This document shows positions 35,685 to 41,716 of a stretch of DNA of 41,716 nt, in pieces. The stretch comes from Candidatus Nomurabacteria bacterium. GTDB lineage: Bacteria > Patescibacteriota > Minisyncoccia > Phycocordibacterales > UBA1006. Location of the stretch: contig JANPGR010000032.1 in assembly GCA_031424015.1 (NCBI GenBank), positions 1 to 41,716 on the forward strand, written 5' to 3'. How positions within the stretch are numbered: the stretch's first letter is position 1; each line of letters opens with the position of its first letter. The notes beneath the pieces are model-generated. The model was not told where the DNA came from and did no database searches. It saw only the letters and a list, made by a program, of their open reading frames with translations. Position numbers and translations under genes: made by a program.

Positions 35685-36342
35685 TTCCAGTTTTTCTGGA
35701 TCCTCGCATGGTTTTGGTAGTGATAATTCTACACGGATTGTTGCCGTGTTGTTTCTATTCGTTTTAGCACTCTATATGGCATTGCCGGTATGGGTTCAGC
35801 CTATTCAGTTTGTTTGGAGTAGAGCATCACAATCTCGCACTGCTGTAGAGAGTAGTGTTCATAGTGCACTTGTTACTCAGCTTGCTATCGGAGAGTGTAG
35901 CATTATAGCAATACCACCTCAAATAGAATATGACGTAATTATCACTGAGTGTAACAAGGGTGACGACCACGTAATCTCAGGTCAAAGAGTATATATTCCT
36001 TATGGGGGGAATATATTTTGGTTTGGAAATATTGTCTCTGTCCAAGGTAGTTCAGTGATAGTCCGTATTGTTAGCGACCCTAATAATTCCCAAAAGAGGG
36101 TTACTATTGCAGGTGTTGTCGAACAGGTTCCTGTGATTCCTATCGGTGGAGGAACTTTTGTTGCCGAATTACCAAATAGTGTCAGTGTTGCCGTGAACAG
36201 CCTCGTGACTGATTCACTCTCGGGTGAGCCAATTGCATATGTATCTGGTACTGTTGCAGAAAATGCCACATTGATGCAGAGGGTGTATATGCGGATTCCG
36301 GTTTCTTTTGAACGTATGAATATTATACAATTACATAAATAA
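35659..36342 (+). CDS. mreC: MreC-like rod-shape protein (divergent)
   Basis: Immediately follows mreB and overlaps it by 26 nt. It has an N-terminal TM helix (IVAVLFLFVLALYMALPVWV) and beta-rich domains with GQRVYIPYGGNIFWFGNIVSV, like the MreC G-x-FP-x-G-x-IG-x-V region. No coiled coil is evident. Confidence 0.5.
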   Translation: MGKYWSKNNSSFSGSSHGFGSDNSTRIVAVLFLFVLALYMALPVWVQPIQFVWSRASQSRTAVESSVHSALVTQLAIGECSIIAIPPQIEYDVIITECNKGDDHVISGQRVYIPYGGNIFWFGNIVSVQGSSVIVRIVSDPNNSQKRVTIAGVVEQVPVIPIGGGTFVAELPNSVSVAVNSLVTDSLSGEPIAYVSGTVAENATLMQRVYMRIPVSFERMNIIQLHK

Positions 36343-36344
36343 TT

Positions 36345-37553
36345 ATGAATTTTTTTGACATTATTACAAACTCACACAATGATACCTTGGCTAGGACAGG
36401 GATTATTCATACACCCCATGGGGATATTCATACTCCTGCGTTTATCGTAGTCGGTACTAGTGCAGCAGTACGCGCTGTCGATACAGATTCTCTGGCGGGG
36501 TTGGGTGCGCAGGCGGTGTTGGCCAATACGTATCACCTGTATCTGCAGCCTGGTATGGAAATAATCCGTCAGCATGGAGGATTTGCACCGATGATGGGGT
36601 GGACTGGTCCTACATTCACCGATAGTGGTGGATTCCAGGTGTTTTCGCTGGGGACTGCGTTCGGATCACACGTGAGCAAATTTGCAAAAGGCGAACCAGA
36701 ACAAGGTGTAGTAGGACTAGAAAAAAAAGAAAAACCTAAAAAACTCGCGACCATTGATGACGAAGGCGTCACATTTCGATCGCATAAAAATGGTTCATCA
36801 CATCGATTTACTCCAGAATCTTCTATGGAAATTCAATGGGATTTGGCTGCTGATATTATATTTGCTTTTGATGAATGTACGAGCCCGACAGATACATTGG
36901 AATATCAGAAAAAAGCCCTCGACAGGACACACGCATGGGCAAAACGATCTCTGGATCGACATACTGAGCTCGATACTGATAATAGACAAGCATTATTCGG
37001 AGTTGTCCAAGGTGGAGCATTCCCTGATTTGCGTAAATACAGTGCACAGACACTCGGTGCGATGGAATTCGATGGGTATGGTATTGGTGGGTCATTCACT
37101 AAATCTGACCTCCAGACTGCAGTGATGTGGGCTACAACAGAATTACCCGAAGGCAAGCCGAGACATCTCCTCGGGATTGGGGATCCTATAGATTTCTTTC
37201 TTGGGATCGAGGCGGGGATTGATACCTTTGATTGTGTATCCCCGACTCGCATTGCTCGACACGGAGGATTTTATACCTATGACGGTATGGCCCACATCGC
37301 AAATAGGCAACATCGCACGAGCATGCTACCGCTCGATACGCACTGCGATTGTAGTACCTGTACTCGATATACGCGTGCATATATCGCACACCTGTTCCAT
37401 GCTCGCGAAATGTCAGCAGCGACACTATTGTCTGTACATAATTTGCATTTTATTGTTCGCCTCGTTGATACCATACGAGATACACTCAGAGATGGTTCAT
37501 ATAGTGAATTCAAGGCTGCATTTTTGGCACGATATTATTCTGGAAAACTCTAG
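36345..37553 (+). CDS. tgt: Queuine tRNA-ribosyltransferase
   Basis: TPAFIVVGT, LANTYHLYLQPG, FTDSGGFQVFSL, FDEC, GVVQGG, GYGIGG, and the zinc site CDCSTCTRYTRAYIAHLF. Confidence 0.95.
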   Translation: MNFFDIITNSHNDTLARTGIIHTPHGDIHTPAFIVVGTSAAVRAVDTDSLAGLGAQAVLANTYHLYLQPGMEIIRQHGGFAPMMGWTGPTFTDSGGFQVFSLGTAFGSHVSKFAKGEPEQGVVGLEKKEKPKKLATIDDEGVTFRSHKNGSSHRFTPESSMEIQWDLAADIIFAFDECTSPTDTLEYQKKALDRTHAWAKRSLDRHTELDTDNRQALFGVVQGGAFPDLRKYSAQTLGAMEFDGYGIGGSFTKSDLQTAVMWATTELPEGKPRHLLGIGDPIDFFLGIEAGIDTFDCVSPTRIARHGGFYTYDGMAHIANRQHRTSMLPLDTHCDCSTCTRYTRAYIAHLFHAREMSAATLLSVHNLHFIVRLVDTIRDTLRDGSYSEFKAAFLARYYSGKL

Positions 37554-37574
37554 TGATGGGGAGTGAGGGTAAAA

Positions 37575-37613
37575 GAATATGCCGTTTTTGGCGGAGCCAA
37601 AAACGGCATATTC
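37575..37613. terminator. 17-bp perfect hairpin between convergent genes
   Basis: gaatatgccgtttttgg-cggag-ccaaaaacggcatattc. Confidence 0.65.
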
Positions 37614-37657
37614 ATATTCTTGATATTTCTTTGCTGTTCCTCTATCACAAAACACAA

Positions 37658-38128
37658 CTATGAAGTTTTATTAAAAGGAATTTTATCACACCAACCTCGA
37701 GCCTTTTCAAAGAGATTATGAACCCTGGTCTTTTCTGTGTTAACTGCTGACTCTGGATTCGAAGCCTGACCATTAGCAATAGATTGGCGAATGCGCAGAA
37801 TAGCAGAATCTACCAGAGCGTCAACATTTAGAAGTTTTTGGATACTGGCAATACTATCGATGGTAGGCGGGGTAGTTTCAGTCGGCGTGACTGGTGTAGT
37901 TGTATTAGAATTTGATCCGAGGATTATCGCATTTGATTTTTCATCGATGAGGTTTAATACTTTTGTTTCTGTTGTTGTTAGGGTTGTTTTACAGCTCTCT
38001 GGGCTCTGGAACAATCCAATGTTAAATCGGTCAGAATAAAAATACCACAAACCATATAAACATATACACGCAACAATGATACTAATCAAGGATTTTTTAA
38101 TGGATTCCATATAGCTATAGTATACCAT
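37658..38128 (-). CDS. Hypothetical membrane-anchored protein with a Thr/Pro-rich linker
   Basis: 156-aa ORF, with an alternative start MESIKK at 38110. TM helix SLISIIVACICLYGLWYF. Linker NSNTTTPVTPTETTPPT. Confidence 0.65.
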   Translation of the reverse strand: MVYYSYMESIKKSLISIIVACICLYGLWYFYSDRFNIGLFQSPESCKTTLTTTETKVLNLIDEKSNAIILGSNSNTTTPVTPTETTPPTIDSIASIQKLLNVDALVDSAILRIRQSIANGQASNPESAVNTEKTRVHNLFEKARGWCDKIPFNKTS

Positions 38129-38174
38129 ACAGTATAGACCTAAATATAGTGCATGCGTGAATAACTCATAAAAG

Positions 38175-38203
38175 AAAAACCATCAGATATTCTGATGGTT
38201 TTT
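38175..38203. terminator. Intrinsic terminator (13-bp stem, A/T-flanked)
   Basis: aaaaaccatcaga-tat-tctgatggttttt, immediately downstream of the 486-aa minus-strand gene. Confidence 0.75.
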
Positions 38204-38213
38204 CAAAGTATTT

Positions 38214-39674
38214 TTATCTTTGTTCTTTTGTGATGCCCTCTGGGAGGGTTATGATGATTTGTTCTGAGACGGTAGGTATTTCAGTACTTTGGAGTGCTGG
38301 GATATCTGTGGATGATTTCGTATTTGTTGGTAAAATAGAATCAATGAGGGTAGGGGTATCTTTTGTAACCACTTCTTGTTCTTTATTTGATTGTTCTGAT
38401 TTTTCTAGCAATGCGTATACATCCTTTCGCAAGAGTCTCGCCCTTGCTACATCAGCTTCATTTGGAGATTCTATTTTTTGTAATTGTACGAAAAGCTCTT
38501 GATACTCCTTGAGAGGATCCGTTGATAAGGCGGGCTCAATCTTTATCACACCATCGACAGAACCAGAAACATTCAGACTAGGTGAATCAGTCGATAATTC
38601 ATCTCTAATTTCATTTGTAATTTTGAGAGTGTCTTTCATTTGGACTTTTTCATCGACAGGTTCAGTGATAGAAGATTCTTTTTCAGGTAGAGCAATAACT
38701 TCTGTTGTTGATTCAGTAGATTCGATTGAATCTGGTTTTTGTAATGTAGTTTCTGGTACTTTTGATGCGGGTTCTTTTTTCGTAGATTGCTCTTGGTTTA
38801 TGAGCTTTCGTAATCCTGAATCGATATCTTGGAGAATAATAATGTATTGGGCGGATTCTATTGTCGTCTTTTTTATATCTTCACTAATTTCTGGTATTTT
38901 ATTAGTATCAAGAGATAGTGCTTCTGTTGGCGGTTGGCTTGCCACGATTTGGGCTTGGGCTACTGCGATATTCTGGGCAGAGTTAGAAGCGAACAAAACA
39001 GTGTCGAGAGGTGACAATACTGATTCGATTGTTTCAGATATTTGATCAGAAGGATTTGGAAGTCCTACCGTAGATGTACTAGCGATACTATCACTCGGAA
39101 CAGAGTTAGTCTGCTGCACTGTTTGTGTTAGTGACTCTTTTTCTTTTTCGATGGTTTCAATGAGAGAAGCAGACAGTGATAAACTTTGTTCTGAATTCGT
39201 AGTTGCCAAATCAGAAAGCAAATCACCAGCCGCATCTGTGTGTTCAGAGATTTTTTCCGCTAAATCAGACGCAATTTCTTGTGTGAGTGCATTTGTACTT
39301 ATGAGCTCTTTTGTTTCTTCCATTCTGCGTTTTGTTTTTTCGATGTTCCAGTGGATTTTGGATTCCGGTGTTGTTTTCGTCAAGGTCTGGATGGGTTCTG
39401 TGATGTGAATTTTGATAGGGTATAAAATAGAATTTGGCAAGGAATTTTCAGCAGCAGCAGCCACGCTACCAGTACTCGAAATCAACAAAACACAGAGGGC
39501 AGCTATAACATAATCTCGAAAGAGAGATTTGTGTGTGCTTTTTATGGGAGATGCATAATATCGAATCGAGAATCGAGATTGCTTTGGTGCAGGAGAAATC
39601 TCAGCAGAAATCTTTGTCCAGAGTTCGGCTTTTTCTTGGTTGTTTAGGTTTCGATATTGGTCTGTATAATGCAT
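38214..39674 (-). CDS. Single-pass membrane protein co-transcribed with the ECF sigma factor (putative anti-sigma or sigma-associated protein)
   Basis: Starts 7 nt after the sigma-factor stop codon. It has a short cytoplasmic N-terminus, one TM helix (VIAALCVLLISSTGSVAAAA), and a NSILYPIKIHITEPIQ segment like DUF5667-type proteins, as I recall them. A long Ser/Thr/Glu-rich extracytoplasmic region follows. Confidence 0.5.
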   Translation of the reverse strand: MHYTDQYRNLNNQEKAELWTKISAEISPAPKQSRFSIRYYASPIKSTHKSLFRDYVIAALCVLLISSTGSVAAAAENSLPNSILYPIKIHITEPIQTLTKTTPESKIHWNIEKTKRRMEETKELISTNALTQEIASDLAEKISEHTDAAGDLLSDLATTNSEQSLSLSASLIETIEKEKESLTQTVQQTNSVPSDSIASTSTVGLPNPSDQISETIESVLSPLDTVLFASNSAQNIAVAQAQIVASQPPTEALSLDTNKIPEISEDIKKTTIESAQYIIILQDIDSGLRKLINQEQSTKKEPASKVPETTLQKPDSIESTESTTEVIALPEKESSITEPVDEKVQMKDTLKITNEIRDELSTDSPSLNVSGSVDGVIKIEPALSTDPLKEYQELFVQLQKIESPNEADVARARLLRKDVYALLEKSEQSNKEQEVVTKDTPTLIDSILPTNTKSSTDIPALQSTEIPTVSEQIIITLPEGITKEQR

Positions 39675-39681
39675 AGAGTGT

Positions 39682-40206
39682 TTATGATTCAGGGTTTGGC
39701 TCGAGAGAGAGAATTTTTTGTACAGCGAGGATACCTCTTTTGATGCGTTGAGATATAGTATTAGGGCTCACGTCGAATATATCAGCGATATCTTGAACGG
39801 GCATTCCATCAATATAACGATAGAGGAGAGTTTCTCTCTGGGTGTCAGGTAACGTATTGATGGTTTGTAATATAATGCGAAGTTCAGATTGCTCTATGAT
39901 ACTACTAGAATCTATTGACAATATATCTAATAATTCGTCTGATAGAGGAAAAACACGCTGGAGAGCCACTGATCGATACTGATCGATGATTTTGTTCCGG
40001 ACTATAGTGTAGAGGAGGGCTCGTGGATTGTGAATCTCTTCTCCGGATCGTATCACTGTCCATAGTTTAACAAAAGCGTCTTGTACGATGTCCATTGCCT
40101 CTTCTCGCTCGCGAACACGGCTAGCACAAAACCCAAAGAGTTCGGGGCTGTATGTTTCGTACAGAGTTTGACAGAGTTCAAGGTCGGTGGGTTTTAATGG
40201 CTCCAT
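39682..40206 (-). CDS. RNA polymerase sigma-70 family, ECF-type sigma factor
   Basis: Region 2 EEAMDIVQDAFVKLW...YTIVRNKIIDQYR. Region 4 LPDTQRETLLYRYIDGMPVQDIADIFDVSPNTISQRIKRGILAVQK. Confidence 0.9.
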   Translation of the reverse strand: MEPLKPTDLELCQTLYETYSPELFGFCASRVREREEAMDIVQDAFVKLWTVIRSGEEIHNPRALLYTIVRNKIIDQYRSVALQRVFPLSDELLDILSIDSSSIIEQSELRIILQTINTLPDTQRETLLYRYIDGMPVQDIADIFDVSPNTISQRIKRGILAVQKILSLEPNPES

Positions 40207-40351
40207 AAGAGTAGACGATTGATAAGGGCAAATGTGTGTTGGATTCTTTTGCTAAATGAGAGGGGAAAATCACTTTTGATCGGGTTCAACACAGTCGCTT
40301 TTTAGCAAAGTTTTCTTATCGTCTTTTCTATGGTATCATAGAAAGTATACT

Positions 40352-41542
40352 ATGAATACAAATACCTTTGTTCAACCTGTGAATATCTTGATTATTGGTG
40401 GAGGGTTTGCTGGTGTGGCGTGTGCGCGCAAACTAGTACAACAGTCCGGTGTTACAGTTACACTGATTTCTAATTCTGATCAGTTCCAGTATTATCCAGC
40501 TATATTCAGAGCATTTGGAAGTCGTAATCGTGTATATAGTGATTTGCCTTTACAAAAAATGCTTCCACAGAAATGCAATCTAATAATCGACAAGGTAACA
40601 TCGATTGATGTCGGGAACAAAATGGTCACAACAGCAAAGGGTGGTGTTTATAATGCAGAGTATATAATATTGTGTACTGGTATGCAGATATCGTATTTTG
40701 ACATTCCTGGTATGCCAGAAATGGCATTGCCATTACGAACGACAAATGATGCTATTCATCTGACGAATCACATTGATGAACTGTTCGCACATTATTCTGA
40801 CAAGAATAGAAAAGAACAGCTGACTGCTTTTTCTTTTGTGGTTGTTGGTGGTGGCCCTGCAGGGTGTGAAATAGCAGGTGAAATAATTCTCTATGCAAAA
40901 TCAAAAGCAAAAGAGTACGGAGTCCATTCTGAAGTTGTTTCTGTTCAAATTCTTGAATCACGTGATCGAATACTATCTATGATGACAGAAACAACTTCAA
41001 AAAAAGTAGCAAAACGATTAGAGCGATTAGGGGTAATAATTCGCACGAATAGCACACTGATAGAAGGTCACGGAATCGTCGCTCAATTGTCAGATGAAAA
41101 TATCGAAACGAGAACTATCGTCTGGTCAGCGGGAATTATGCCAACTCGCATTACTCAAAATATTGCACAATTGGAATACAACCCAAAAGGGAAAATTATG
41201 GTGGATGAGCACCTAGTCGCGCTCGGCACAGAACACGTCTATATCGCGGGGGACATAGCTGCAACCGAACGGTCCGGATTGGCACAGACGGCGATTCATG
41301 ATGGTGGATTTGTCGCAAGTGATATCATCTCAAGAATAAAAAAAGGGGAGAGGAAAAATTATGTAGTGCCTACGATAGCAAGTATCGTGCCAACAGGTAG
41401 AGGATATGGAGTTCTGGAGGTTGGTGGGCGGAGTTATTCTGGATACATTGGGTGGTTGGCACGTGCAGTTGCTGATATGGGGTATTATTGGTCCGTGTTG
41501 CCATTGGGCGAGGTGATAAAGAGGTTGAGAGGGATACTGTAA
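40352..41542 (+). CDS. Type II NADH dehydrogenase-like FAD-dependent pyridine nucleotide-disulfide oxidoreductase
   Basis: Two Rossmann GxGxxG motifs (ILIIGGGFAGVACA; FVVVGGGPAGCEIAGE) and the FAD motif VYIAGDIA. Confidence 0.85.
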   Translation: MNTNTFVQPVNILIIGGGFAGVACARKLVQQSGVTVTLISNSDQFQYYPAIFRAFGSRNRVYSDLPLQKMLPQKCNLIIDKVTSIDVGNKMVTTAKGGVYNAEYIILCTGMQISYFDIPGMPEMALPLRTTNDAIHLTNHIDELFAHYSDKNRKEQLTAFSFVVVGGGPAGCEIAGEIILYAKSKAKEYGVHSEVVSVQILESRDRILSMMTETTSKKVAKRLERLGVIIRTNSTLIEGHGIVAQLSDENIETRTIVWSAGIMPTRITQNIAQLEYNPKGKIMVDEHLVALGTEHVYIAGDIAATERSGLAQTAIHDGGFVASDIISRIKKGERKNYVVPTIASIVPTGRGYGVLEVGGRSYSGYIGWLARAVADMGYYWSVLPLGEVIKRLRGIL

Positions 41543-41546
41543 CAGA

Positions 41547-41673
41547 GAACTTCTGCGTTACCTTCCAAAAACACGCAACATAGCGCTCATCTCGGCGATA
41601 TATACCTTTTGCTACTCATTCTGTAAATGTATATCGCCTGCGATATGTTTTTTGAAGAATAATGCAGAGGTCC
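41547..41673 (+). repeat. Single copy of the structured repeat family also seen at 27332-27606
   Basis: Closing stem gaacttctgc (41547-41556) / gcagaggtcc (41664-41673). Second stem ccttccaaaaaca / tgttttttgaag. Apical stem ggcgatata / tatatcgcc. The block 41562-41602 matches 27489-27528 at roughly 35 of 40 positions (hand alignment). It starts 5 nt after the NDH-2 stop codon. Confidence 0.7.
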
Positions 41674-41716
41674 TATAAAAGACAGATTTTTTTGGGGATT
41701 GGAGGAGTGTGGGGGG

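Overview
This 41.7-kb window looks like the chromosome of a small-genome bacterium. Several proteins are reduced (152-aa EF-Ts, 417-aa ProRS without an editing insertion, short ATP-synthase delta). One protein carries a TrbC/VirB2-like 'pilin' module. Together these fit a CPR/Patescibacteria-like organism, but that is inference only.

Housekeeping backbone:
- secA, tRNA-Ile(GAU) and a complete F1Fo operon, atpB-E-F-H-A-G-D-C
- a SIMPL/DUF541 protein, parB, a class-V cysteine desulfurase and clpB
- rpsB-tsf on the minus strand
- proS, mreB, an mreC-like gene and tgt
- an ECF sigma plus membrane-protein pair on the minus strand, and a type-II NADH dehydrogenase

Accessory or unusual content:
1. 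A complete rve-type DDE transposase at the left edge, next to an SGNH/GDSL hydrolase gene broken by a +1 indel in an A6 run.
2. A 1,034-aa membrane-anchored protein ending in a two-helix pilin-like module. A secreted S8 subtilase gene starts 6 nt after its stop codon.
3. A single-ORF IS200-type element (Y1/HUH TnpA) with subterminal hairpins.
4. A family of long nested-hairpin elements, with one double copy downstream of tsf and one copy downstream of the NDH-2 gene. Other, unrelated long palindromic elements lie in intergenic DNA.
5. A 4.5-kb region between rpsB and proS that is dense in repeats and almost free of ORFs. It carries several G+C-rich palindromic repeat families and one 693-aa secreted Gly/aromatic-rich protein. 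It also holds about 530 nt of ORF-free, hairpin-dense sequence ending in a plus-strand intrinsic terminator, which is a candidate large structured RNA of unknown class.

I found no rRNA gene, CRISPR array, reverse transcriptase, TnpB/IscB or recognisable defence gene. All coordinates and pairings were worked out by hand. Family assignments rest on visible motifs, not on searches.
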